Shown: positions 12,358 to 23,776 of the stretch, piece by piece | Layout of the letters: each line of letters starts with the position of its first letter | Position numbering within the stretch: position 1 is the first letter of the stretch | Origin: Scenedesmus sp. PABB004 | Taxonomy: Eukaryota | Length of the DNA: 64,000 nt | Assembly (NCBI GenBank): GCA_014905635.1 | Contig: JABVCE010000016.1 | Span: forward strand, 682,001-746,000 | Direction: 5' to 3' | The notes under the pieces: generated by a model | Seen by the model: only the letters and a program-made list of their open reading frames with translations | Told to the model about the DNA's origin: nothing | Database searches by the model: none | Translations under genes and position numbers: made by a program

Positions 12358-14817
12358 TCACACCGCGGCCTCCTCCGCCGCCGCCTTCTGCGCCGGGTAC
12401 TTTGCCGCAGTGTCCTCCCAGCTCGTGCGGCCGTCCACGAGCGCGCGCACGAGCGCCGGCACCTCCTCCACCGGCACGCGCACCTGCGCCCGCGGCGGGC
12501 GCGCGCGCGCGCGCCGTGAGCGCGCCGCGCGGCCCCGCCGGGCGCGCGGCCCCGGCGCCGGGCGCGCGGCCCCGGCGTCGGGCGCGTGCGCTGCGCGCGC
12601 GCCGCGCGCGTCGCGCCGCGCGCCTGCGCCATGGTGTCGCGCTCGCGCAGCGTGACGCCGCCGCCCTCGAGCGTCTCAAAGTCGACCGTGATCGCGTAGG
12701 GCACGCCGATCTCGTCGGTGCGCGCGTAGCGCTTGCCGATCGTGTTGCCTGACGCGGAGGCGCGCGGCGGAGGCGCGCGCGCGCGGCGCGGCGGGGCGGC
12801 GAGGTCCGGGGGCCGAGGCGGGCGGGCGCGAGGGGCGCAGCGTGGCGGCGCGTCGCGGCGGCGCGCGCTGGGGCCGGCCCGGGCGCCAGCGCGCGCACCG
12901 GTGGTGTCGATGATGTTGGAGAGCCCCGCCGCGGTGAGCGCGTCGCTGATGGCGCCCGCGCGCGCGTTGAGCGCCTCCTTTTGCAGCAGCGGGAACACGG
13001 TCGCCTTGGTCGGCGCGACGGTGGGGCTGAAGCGGAACACCGCGCGGCTCTCGTCGCCCTCGCGCGTGTAGTAGCTGCGGCGGCGGCGGGCGGCGGGCGG
13101 TGGGGCAGGGGCGGCGGCGTCGCGCCGGCGCGCCCTCGCGGCGGCCCAGCCGCCCGCGCCACGCTCGCCGCCCGCCGCCGCGGCGCAGGCGAGGCCGCCG
13201 CCCCGAGCAAAGCCCCTAAACCCCGCCCCGCTCGGCCACGCCCCACACACGCCCACACGCACACGCGCCCACGCGCACGCCCACACACACACGCTCACCT
13301 GTGCTCAAAGATGCAGTAGATGATGCGCCCGATGCCAAAGCTCGGCTCGATCACGCTCGGCGTGAAGTTGCGCCCCGACAGGCGCTTCGTCTCGCGCCTG
13401 ATCTCGACCATGCCCGGCGCGATCGCGAACGACGCGCCCCCCACTGCGACGCTGCCCGGCTTGCCGCCCTCGAGCGTCTTGCGCAGGCACTCTGCCGCGC
13501 CGCGGCGGCGGCGGCGGCGGCGGGGTGAGGCGGGGCGGGGCGGCGGGGCGGGGCGGCGCGCGCCGCCCCCTGCGCAGCCCCTGCGCAGCCCCGCCCGCCC
13601 GCCCACGCGCGGCCGGCCCAGCGCCCGTGTGCGCCGCCGCACCCGCGTCCTCCTCGCTGAGCGCCTCGAGCGCGTCGGACACGGCCTTGGCGTCCTTCTT
13701 GAACGCGGTGCCCATCTCCTTTTTGTTGGGCGTCACGCGCAGCACCTCGACCTCACGCACCTCGGGAAACTTTTCGTACGCGGTCAGCTCGGTCTGCGTG
13801 GTGGTGGCGGGGTGGGAGGGAGAGAGAGACAGTGAGGTGAGTGTCAGTGTGGCGTGACAACGGGCGTGAGAACGGGCGTGAGAGGGTGTGAGAGAGGGCA
13901 AGGCGAGCGCGTGAGTGAGCGCGGGAGTGAGCACGGGAGGGAGGGAGCTCGGGGCCGCGCCGCGCCGCGCAAAGTCAGTCACCTTGCTCGCGGCGGTGTG
14001 CGCGCGCAGGTCGTACGCGGAGCGGTCGGCGAGGCCCGCGCACTCGACCCAGCCGTAGCTTGTCTGCACCTCAGCGTCCCAGCAGTCCTCCGCATAGTGC
14101 GCCATCTCGTGCTGCAGGTGCTGCCTGCGCGCGTGTTTGTGTGTGTGTGTGTGTGGGTGGGTGGGTGTGGTGTGTGTGTGGGGGGGGGGGTCCCCGGGCC
14201 GCGCCCGGCCTCCGCGCCGCGCCGCCGCGCCCTCAACCCCGCCCCCGCCCTCGCCCAGCGCCCCCACTCGCGCCCCGTGCGGCGCGCGCCCTTTCCCTCG
14301 CGGCGCGCGCCCCGCGCGGCGCGCCTGAAGCGCATGCGGGCGGGGTCGATGCCGACGCGTAGGAAGAAGAGCCAGGTGCGGCCAATGAAGTAGGCAAGTG
14401 TCTGGTTGGCGATGATGCCGCCAGACACGGCAGAGCCCAGCGACGTCGCCTGCGCGCGCTTGTCGTCGCCTGGCGGCCGCGCGCGCGGCGGCGCGGGCGG
14501 CGGCGGCGGCGGGGGCGGGCCAGGTCGGGCGGCGGCGGCGCCAGGGCGCGCACGGCGGCGGCGGCGGCGGCAGCGGCGGCGGCGGCCGTCCCTGGGGCGC
14601 GCGCGGTGGCGGCCGCCCGCGCCGCCGCCCCTCCCCGGCGCTGCGCGGGGCGCGACTCACTCATCTGCATGTCGCGGCTGTAGAGGAGGGGGGTGAGGTC
14701 GGCGACGCGGTCAAACTTGGGGTGGCGCTTGTCCTCGGGGTGCACAAAGTGCTCGATCTCAGCCTGGGGGGCGGCGGCGGGGCGGTGTGACGGGGGTGTG
14801 GGCGGGGGTGTGGGTGG

Positions 14818-14890
<73 letters not shown>

Positions 14891-15621
14891 CGCGCGCGGG
14901 GGGGGGGGGGGGGGGGGGGGGGCGCCGCGCGTCACCTGCGTGAACTCGCGCACGCGCAGCAGCCCCGCACGGGGGCTGATCTCATTGCGGTACCTGCGTG
15001 GACGGGCGGGTGGGCGGGTTGGGTGGGTGTGGGCGTGCTGAGCGTGTGTCGGGCATGCGTGGTGGCCGAGGGGGGAACCGAGCGGCGAGGCGGCAACGCC
15101 AGCGGCAGCGCGCCCGCGCCGCGCCGCGCGCCCGCCCCGGGCACGCACGCGTTGCCGATCTGCGCGGCCGCAAAGGGCAGCTTGCCGCCGTTGAAGTAGA
15201 GCAGGTCCCGGAAGTTCACAAAGATGCCCTGCGGGGGAGAGTGGGAGAAGTTCAGCGTGAGGGGGAGGGAGGAGGTTCGGCGGGAGGGCGAGGCGCAGCG
15301 AGAGGGAGCGAGGCGGCGCGCGTGGGGGCCAGCGGAAACGCCGCCCCCTGCGCCGCGCCGCGCCGCGCCCTCCCCCGGCCGCGCCGCCGCCGGCGCCGCG
15401 GACCTGGGCCGTCTCGGGGCGCAGGTAGCCGACCAGGTCGCCGCGGGGGCCGATGCTGGTCTTGAACATGAGGTTGAAGGGGAACGGCGCGCTGATGGGG
15501 TTCTTGGTGTCTGGCGCGAGCACGCCGTAGCGAGTGAGCTCCGCGCCGAGCGCCTCGGCGCCGAGCTCGCCCACACCCGCGAGCGTCTGCTCCGCCGCCT
15601 GCGCGGGGAGCGGCGGCGGCC

Positions 15622-15661
<40 letters not shown>

Positions 15662-16800
15662 GGGGACGGCGCGCGGCGCTGAGGCGCGGCGTCGACGCGT
15701 CGCCCGCCTACCCCGCTGCCTCGCACGCCCAGGCCCGCCCGCCGGCCCGCCCGCCCGCCAGCGTGGCCCGGCCCGCACCTTGCGCGCGTCGCCGGTGAGG
15801 GGCGCCTTGGTGTCCTCCAGCGCCGCCTCGATGGCCGCTTCGAGCAGGTGGTCGGCGCGGTAGCAGTCGCCGGTCTTGACGTCAGTGACCATGAAGTCTA
15901 CACAGGGTGCGTGTGGGTGTGGTGGGGAGTGGCGTGGGTGAGGGCGTGGTGTGTGTGTGAGTGAGGGCGTGGGGTGGCGGCCCAGGCAGGCGCGGCGCTG
16001 CTGCAGGCCGCAGCGTCCACCGCCGCCGCCGCCGCCGCCCGTGCAGCCGCTGCCCTTGCCGCCGCTGCCGCCGCAGCACGCGCCGCCCGCGCGGCTGCCC
16101 CGCCGGCGCGCCGGCTCCGTCCGCCGGGCCGCCCGCCCGCCCGCCCGCCCGCGCGCACCGGTGAAGCGGTCGACGTGGCCCGACGCCTTGAGCACAGCCT
16201 CGGGCGTGACCGCGGGGCACTCCACCTCCAGCATGTTCTCCTCAAGCACAAAGTGCGCGCGCCACGCCTGCGCGCGCACGCGGCGCCAGGGCGGCGCGGC
16301 GCGGGCGGCGGGCGGGCGGTTGGCGCGGTTGGGCGCACGCCGCCGGCGGCGCCCGCCCCGCCGCGCCGCGCCCGTCGCGTGCCACGGCCGCCGCCGCGCA
16401 CGCCGCGGGCGCGGGGCCGCGCGCGCCGCCGCCGCGCCTGCGTGAGGTTCTGCTTGATGGCGCAGCCGGGCGGGCCGTAGTCGTAGAAGCCGGCGACGCT
16501 GCCGTAGATCTTGAACGAGGGGATGTAGAAGAGCCGCCGCTCGAGCGTGTTGGTCAGGGCCGCCCGGAACGCCTCCTTGTTCTGGCCCGACGCCTTGCCG
16601 GTGGCTGCCTGGAAGGCCTTCTGGTGCTCGCCGAGCGCGAGCTTGAGCTGCTGCAGCGCCGCTATCGCCGCCTCGACCTCGGCCGCCGACGCCTTGCCGT
16701 CCTTCGCCGCGGCCTTGAGGCTGCGCACGGTGTCGCCCTGGTGCGTCACGGCCGCCTGGGCGGCCTCGATGGCCGCCTCCAGCGCGGCAGCGTCCGCCAT
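12358..16800 (-). CDS. GARS: Glycyl-tRNA synthetase, eukaryotic alpha2 type with N-terminal WHEP domain, about 13 exons
   Basis: Motifs QGDTVRSLK (WHEP), [113 protein letters not shown] and [21 protein letters not shown]; stop TGA at 12360-12358. Confidence 0.97.
14830..14886. repeat. (GA)n microsatellite followed by a poly-G run in a GlyRS intron
   Basis: Directly visible. Confidence 0.9.
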
Positions 16801-17377
16801 CGTGGTGCGACTGCTGCTGCTGCGGCCAAGGCGGCGGCGCGGGGGCGCACGCCGGGCGCGTGCGGCGGGAAGGACGGTCGGGCGGGGGAGAGGCGAATGG
16901 CAGTCGCTGCACGGCCGCAGCGCGCGGGCTTTGGCGCCGGCGCCTACCAGAGCCGCGGGCGGTCGGGCGGCGCGCAGCTGCACACCGCTCGCACGCGTCG
17001 ACGTGGCGCCACGAGCGCGGCCGCGCGCTGCTGCCGCCGGCCGCTGCCGCGCCCGCCGCCGCGACGCGCCGCAGCGCTCTCGCAGCTTACCCGCTCCTGC
17101 GTCTCAGCAGCAGCCGCCGCGCTGCTGCCGCCGTCCATGCAAGTGCTCAGCCTGCCTGCTACCGCCGCCGCCGCCGCCACGCCCGGCGCGCTGCGCGACG
17201 CCGCGCTGCCCCCGCCCCCTGCCCAGCGCCGGTCCTTGGGAGGCGATCCTTGGGAGGCAAAAATGGTGATGCCATGCAAGTGAAGGCCCCGGCACCCCCA
17301 ACCCACCCCTGCCCACCCCCTGCCGGGCGTTCGCCCACGCCGCCGCCCTGCCCCGCGCGCGCCGCCGCCGCGGCTCA

Positions 17378-20300
17378 TCACACGCTGCGGTCGCGGTAGC
17401 GCGTGGCAATGAAGTCGGTGAGCGCCCAGCAGTCCTCCCACGTGGACATGTAGCCCAGGCTCGCGCGCACGCTGCCGAGCGGGACCTCTACCCACTGGCT
17501 CGCGACCTCGGCCGGGTGGCCGAGGCCCACCGACGTCGCCGAGAGGCCCGACAGCATGTCGACGCTGTCGAGCGCCCCGGGCGGCGCGCCGGCGCCGGCG
17601 GGGAGTGAGGCGTTGCGCTCGACCTTAATGAACTCAACCTGCGCAGCGCAGGGCATGCAGCGGGGAGGCGGCGGGCGGCGGGCATGCAGGCAGGCAGGAG
17701 TGTCAGCGGGGAGGCAGGGCAGGGGGGCGCGCGGCGCGCGAGGCGCGGCGTCGGGCGAGCGAGCGCGCGCGGGCCGCGCCGGCAGGCCGCGTGTGCGCCG
17801 GCGGCGCGCGCCGCGAGGGGGGCTCACGTCGTCGTGGCAGCCCTCCTTCTTGCCAGCGAGCGACTCGATCTCGCTCTCCTGCGGCCGGCGCACGCGGCGG
17901 TTGGCGCGGCCGGCGGCGCGGTCGGCGGCGTGCGCCGCGTGCGCCGCGCCGCCGCCGCCCCTCCACAGCGCACGCACGCACGCTCACACACGCATGCACG
18001 CACGCACGCACGCGCGCGCACGGCCGCACGGGCGCACCTGCACGCCGAGGTAGTTGTAGCACGCGCCCGGGTTGCACTCGGCGCCGGTGCGGATGTGGAA
18101 CCCCGCCTCGGCGGCCTCGCGCTCAAAGGTCTTGTAGCTGCGCGCGCGCGCGGGCGCCGGGGCGGGGGCGGGGAGCGCGCGTGTGGGGGAGGGCGGGCGC
18201 GAGGGCGCGGCGCGAGCGCGGCGGCGGGCGCGGCGGCCGCGCTGCTGCGCCGGCGCCGCGCCGCGGCGCGCGCACCTGAACACTGAGCCGTCGGGGCGGA
18301 GGATTTCAAAGTTGAGGATCCCGCCCTGCACCTCGCGCGCCGCCGGGTCGCTGTGCTTGCCAAAGACGGCGACCATGCGGCGCCCGTTGCTGTGGCGCAG
18401 CGAGCGCAGCGCGCCGTGCAGGTACTCGGTCAGCGACGCGACGTGGGCCTGGATCGCGCGTACGCCGCCGAGGCGCTCGATCATGGCAAAGCCGTGCTGC
18501 GCGGCGACCAGGAGCGCGGCGCGGCGGCGGGGCGGCAGTTGGCGCGGCGGCGGCGGCGGCGGGTCGGCGGCGGCGGCGCGGCGCGCGGGCGCTGCCGGCG
18601 CGTGGCAGCGCCCGCGCCGGCCCTCCCTGCCCCATCCCGCCCCCGCGCCGCCCGCTGCCCCTCCAGCCACGCCGCGCGGGCGCCGTCCTAAGCCCTTCAA
18701 CCCTCCCATCCTAAGCCCTTAAACCCTTGGGCCCCACCTTGAGAGCGATGATGTCCAGGAAGTTGACCGTGCCGTCCTCAAGCTTGTCCGCGGGGCGGCA
18801 CTTGAGCACGTGAAAGTCGGCGCCGCTCGTCGCGAGCGCGACCGCGCCGCCGCCCCAGAAGAGCTTGCGCAGCTCCTCCGCCGCGTCGACGCGCACGATG
18901 AGCGCGCCCAGGCCCTGGCGGCGCGCGTGGGGCGGCGCGGGGCGGGCGCGTGGGGCGGGGCGCGCGGGCGCGTGGGAGGGGAGGGGAGGAGATGGGGGGA
19001 GGCGGCGGCGGCGGCGGCGGCGGTACGGGCACGCAGCGCGCGCGGCGCGCGCTGGGCTCTGGTGAGCGCGAGCTCGCACGAGTGGAGCGAGCCCGAGAGC
19101 TAACCAGAGCCCAGCCCGCGCCGCGCGCGCAGCGCGCCCCGCGCGCTGCGCGCCCCGGCCCGGCCTGCGCAGCCCCTGCGCGCTGCGCCCCAGCCCCCAC
19201 ACGTGACCCGGCCCCCTCGACGCTGCCCAGGTTCACGCCCTCGTTCACGCCCTGGTTCCCGCCCTGGTTCACGCCCGCATTCCCGCCCCGCCTCACCGTG
19301 GGGTAGCCAAACATCTTGTAGAAGCTCATCGCCACAAAGTCGGGCGAGACCGCCCGCAGGTCGAGCGGCTGCGTCGGCACGTACGCCGCCGCGTCGACGA
19401 GCACGCGCCAGCGCACGCCGTCGGTCGACTTGGCCTGCACGCCGCCGATCCAGCTCAGGGGGTACTTGACGCCTGCGCGTGTGTGCGGGCGTGGGCGGCG
19501 TGGGCGAGGCGTGGGTGAGGCGCGGGTGAGGTGCGGGCATGTTGGGTGTGGCGGGCTGGGCGGGCTGGGCGGGCGCCGCCCCGGCGCCCCGAGGGCGGCC
19601 CCTCTCCCCCGCTGCGCCGGCGCGCGCACGCACCCGCAAAGTTGTCCTCCGCCGGGAACGCAAACAGGTTGTGCACCGGCCCGGCCCCGTCGCCCTCGAG
19701 CTGGCGGGTCGGCCGCCCGTCGTCGCCCGCGAGCGGCAGGCCGCCGCCGGCGCCGCCGGCGGCGCCGGGGCCGTCGCAGGACGGCGAGGACAGCCAGTCG
19801 GACACGTAGGCTTCATTGACCGCCCGGAACGCGCCGCCCGCCTCGAGCGCGTACTCGCGCATGCCGAGCACGCTGTTGTGGTTCTCACGCAGGTACGCAA
19901 ACGTGCTCGCCCTGCGTGGGGCGTGCGTGTGGGTGGGTGGGTGGGTGGGTGGGTGGGTGTGTGGGTGTGTGGGGTGTGGGTGCGGGTGTGGCTGGCTGGC
20001 TGGCTGGGGCGAGGGCGTGGGGGGGGGGGGGAATGGGGGGCGGCGGGGGCGGCACGCGCGTGCGCGGGGCGCGAGCAGCGGCACGCGCCTGCTCCAGGGG
20101 AACGTCTCGCCCACGAGCTTCAGCGCGCCCGTCGCGCTGCGCGTGAACACGACCTGGTACTCTGCGGCCGGCGGGCGCGGCCGGCAGGGGCGGTCGGCGG
20201 CGCGACGCGGTCAGCGGCGCAGCGCGGTCAGCGGCGCGGCGCGGTGCGGCCAGCGGCGCGGTCAGCGGCGCCGCGCGCCGGCCGCCCCCGCAGCGGCGCC

Positions 20301-21240
20301 GCGCGCCGGGCGCCCGCCGCGCGTCGCGTCGCTGTGCGTCGCGTCGCGGGGGCTCGCTCACCCGCAGGGTCGGCGTTGAAGTAGCGCAGCACCAGGTCGC
20401 GCACCTCCTCCACCGCCTCGCCCGTGAGGCTGCTGCTCGGGTTGGCGCTGTGCGGGTTGCCAAACATGTGGCTGCGCAGCTCCGCAAACACCTGGCGGCC
20501 ACGCACGCGGCAGCGGCGGCGCGGCGGCGCCGGCGGCGCGAGGTGAGCCGCCGGGCGGCGGCGGCGCGCGCGTGTCCCTCGCCCTCGCGCCTCGCGCCCC
20601 GCCCTCGCTGGCTGGCTGCGCGCGCACCGCATCGATCTGGCTCTGGCAGTACACGCTGCTGCCGGTGTAGTCCTGCGCGCGGGCGCGAGGGCGGGCGAGC
20701 GGCTCGGCGAGGGCGCCGGCGGCGGCCGCCGGGGCGGGTGCGGGCGCGGGCGGCGGCGGCCGCGCGCGGCGCAGGGCGCGCACCATGTAGTGTTCGTTGG
20801 GCTGCATGCGGCACCCGACCTGCGGCGGCGCGCGCGGGCGTGCAGGCGCGGGTGTCGGCCGCCGCCGCCGCCGCCGCCGCTGCTGCTGCAGCCCGGCGCG
20901 CGGCCGGGCGCCAGCCGCGCGCGCGCCAGCCCAAGAGCAGACCCCCTCCCCCCCCCCCCCCGCTTCTGCTTGCCTCGCAGGGGTAAAGAGAATCGATCGC
21001 CCCGCCGTAGCCATACTCGTGGCCGTGCGCGGCGAGGAACGCGGCCTTGGCCGCCGCCGCCTCGGCGCTCAGCGGCGGCAGCGTCACGCACGCCGGCGCC
21101 GCCGCGCCGGGCGCGCCGTTGCCGTTGGACGGCGCGGCGGTCCAGGCCGGCGCGCCCGCGCCGCGCGCCTCCTGCTGCTGGTGCAGCGCGTTTATCTGCG
21201 CCGCGAGCGTGTCGCTGCTCGCCAGCGGCTGCTGCTCCGC

Positions 21241-21283
<43 letters not shown>

Positions 21284-22598
21284 GGCGCCTGCCCCGGCGG
21301 CGGCTCGTTGAGCACCGTGCTCAGCAGGTGGCCGAACAGCGAGCCGGTGGAGCCCTCGAGCGCCGCCGCGGCGGCCGCCGCGCCGCCGGCCGGCGCCGCG
21401 GGCCGCGCGGACGCGCCGCCGCGCGTGGCGGCGGCCGCCGCGGCCGCGAGCTCGACGGGCGTGGGCTTGATCGGCAGCGCAAAGCCGTTGGGGTCTGTCT
21501 TGAACAGGTGCCCGGGGTTGTGCATGATGATCTGGAGGTTGTGCCGCAGGTGCTTCACCTGCGCGGCGGCGGCGTGCGCGGCGTGCGAGGTCGGCGCCGC
21601 GCCGCGCGGCGTGCGCGGTCGACGCCGCGCCGCGCGGCCGTGCGGTCGGCGCCGCGCCGCGCGGCCGCGCGGCGCGGGGCGGGCGCCGGCGCGCGGGCCG
21701 CTCGCTGCGCTGCGCGGCGCTGTGTGCGGCGGTGCGCGGCGCGCCTTGCTGGGCGGGATGTCGAGCCCCACGAGCTTGCCCACGCCGGGCTTGAACACGA
21801 CCGCGTGCGGCAGTGCCTTGACGCCCGCCTCCTTGGACGCGCGCTTGAGCTCCTCGATGCACACCTGTGGGCGCGGCGGGCCGGCGCGGCCGGCGTCGGC
21901 CGGCGCGCGGGCCGGCAACGAGCGCGGGCGCCGCCGCTGCTGCTGCGCGCGCCCGCGGGTATGCTTGCGGGCGGCCGCGGGCGGCCGCCCGGCTGCGCCG
22001 CTCCCTGCCCGGCCGCGCCCGGCGGCTGCGCGCCGCGCCGCGGCAGCGCCTGCGGCGCACCTTGACAAACTTGATGTGCTCGGTGAGCTCGCGGTCGCCG
22101 GCGAGCTTGCAGAGCTCCGGGTACGAGCGCTGGCAGCCGTTGCACCAGGTCGCGTAGAAGTCTGCCGGCGCGCCCCGGGGGCGCGTGGGCGGGGGCGGCG
22201 CGCGTGCGCATGGGCCGCGGCGGCGCGCCGCGCGTGCGCAGCAGCGGCGGCGCCGCACCGACGAAGACGAGGCGCTCCCCGTCGTTGATCTCGCGGTAAA
22301 AGTCGTCGTCCGTGTGCGCCTCCACCCAGAGCTCGCTCTGCTGCTTCCACCACGCCTTGGCGGTGTCCGTGGCCGCGCTGGAGGCGAGCTGCGCCCGGGC
22401 CACATGCCGGCGCCCGCTGCTGCCCGCTGGCGCGCTGCCGGGGCCCGCCACCGGCGCCAGGCGCAGGTGGGGACCGTCGAGGCTGCAGAGCTCGCGCGCG
22501 CAGCCCCCCGGCGGCCGCGGCGCGAGGCCCGGCGTCGCCTTGCGGCGGACGAGCGCGGGCGGCCCGCAGGCGGGGCTCTGGTGTAGCAGGGAGCACAT
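17378..22598 (-). CDS. Fusion protein (~897 aa): transit peptide + thioredoxin-like domain (WCNGC) + PLP-dependent Moco-sulfurase-like (ABA3/NifS-type, class V aminotransferase fold) domain; no MOSC domain
   Basis: 15 phase-consistent exons: 22598-22259, 22161-22061, 21864-21745, 21558-20974, 20819-20784, 20672-20628, 20491-20362, 20161-20089, 19911-19634, 19472-19297, 18914-18738, 18496-18276, 18137-18038, 17878-17828, 17638-17378 (2694 nt). Motifs LVFVDFYATWCNGC, YMDYTGS, FGNPHS, VVFTRSATGALKLVGETFPW, ENHNSVLGMRE, VLVDAAA, SFYKMFGYPTGLGAL, IRTGAECNPGAC and GSVRASLGYMST. Confidence 0.9.
18687..18727. repeat. Degenerate telomere-like tract in a sulfurase intron
   Basis: cctaagcccttcaaccct…cctaagcccttaaaccct. 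Confidence 0.55.
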
Positions 22599-23776
22599 GG
22601 CGGCGGCGGGACTGCTGGTGAAGGGCGGCGCGGGCGGCGGCGCGCCCGCGACGGCGAGCGCGAGCAGCAGCAAAAGCGCGAGGACTACGTGCGCGGCCGC
22701 GCGCGGCCGGCGAGCTGTGGCGGCTCGGCGGGGCATTGTCGGGTGCGTAGGGACAAACGGTGACTGGCGCCGCAGCTCGCGCGAGGCCCGGCAGGGAGCA
22801 CGAGGGTCCCGAAAAGTCGACGAGACACCTGTCGGCGTGAACCACCTGCGCTGCCACGCGGCGAGTGGCCACTCGCTGATCATGCTGCGCAGAGCGAGGT
22901 CGCACGCCGCACGTTGCCGCGCGGGCCGCCGCCACCGCCGCCGGCTGCCGCTGCGGGAGCACGCCGCCGCGAAGTGCACGGCGCGCAGCGGGGCGTGCTG
23001 CGCGGCGGTCAGGGCGGCGGTCAGGTCAGGTCAGGGCGGCGACCTGGCCGGAGGACAGGGCTGTTGTTACAGTGCGGTCCGGCCCCTCTGGCGACGGGCC
23101 AATGGGCAGCCAGGGACAGGCCCTCCCGAACAACTCGCTCGCCAAGGCAGCGCCGCCAGGTTCGCGACGGCCCTGCTATGCAAGCTCGAGGCTGCGCCAG
23201 CCAGCGCGCTGTTCACACATCGAGCGCGCGCGTGCGTGTCGCAGCACGCGCGGCAAGTGCACACACAGGCAGCGGGGGTGGGCGTGGGTCACCGCCAGCC
23301 AGCTCCCGTGTGGTTTATTGCGCCGCGCCGCTCGGCGGCCGCCGGCTCGCATCGCTGCGGCGAGGCTGTCGCGGCGGCGCGGCCCGTGGCCTCGGCGCCA
23401 AGCTAGGCCACGCGCCGTGCTCAGACTGAAGCCAAGTGCCCGGGCGGTGGCGGCGGGCACGGCCGCGCGGCCAGCCGCCGCCGCCGCGCCCCAAGGAGAG
23501 ACCACCACCACCACCGCCGACACCGCCACCACCGAAACCCCAGGGAAGAGACAGACAGACAGGCAGTGCCGTGCGGCTGCCCACAGAGAGGGCGGGACGG
23601 CCGCGCCCGAGTCAGCGGCAAGTGCAGTTCACGAAAAAAGGGACGATACCAGCTCATCAGGTCACGCAGCGCTCGTCACAAGACTCCCGCCAGCCACAGC
23701 CACACAAGCCTGCGTCGGCCCCTGGCGGCGCCGCGCGGCGCCGCGGACCTCCGCGGCCGGCGGCGCGCGGCGGCCG

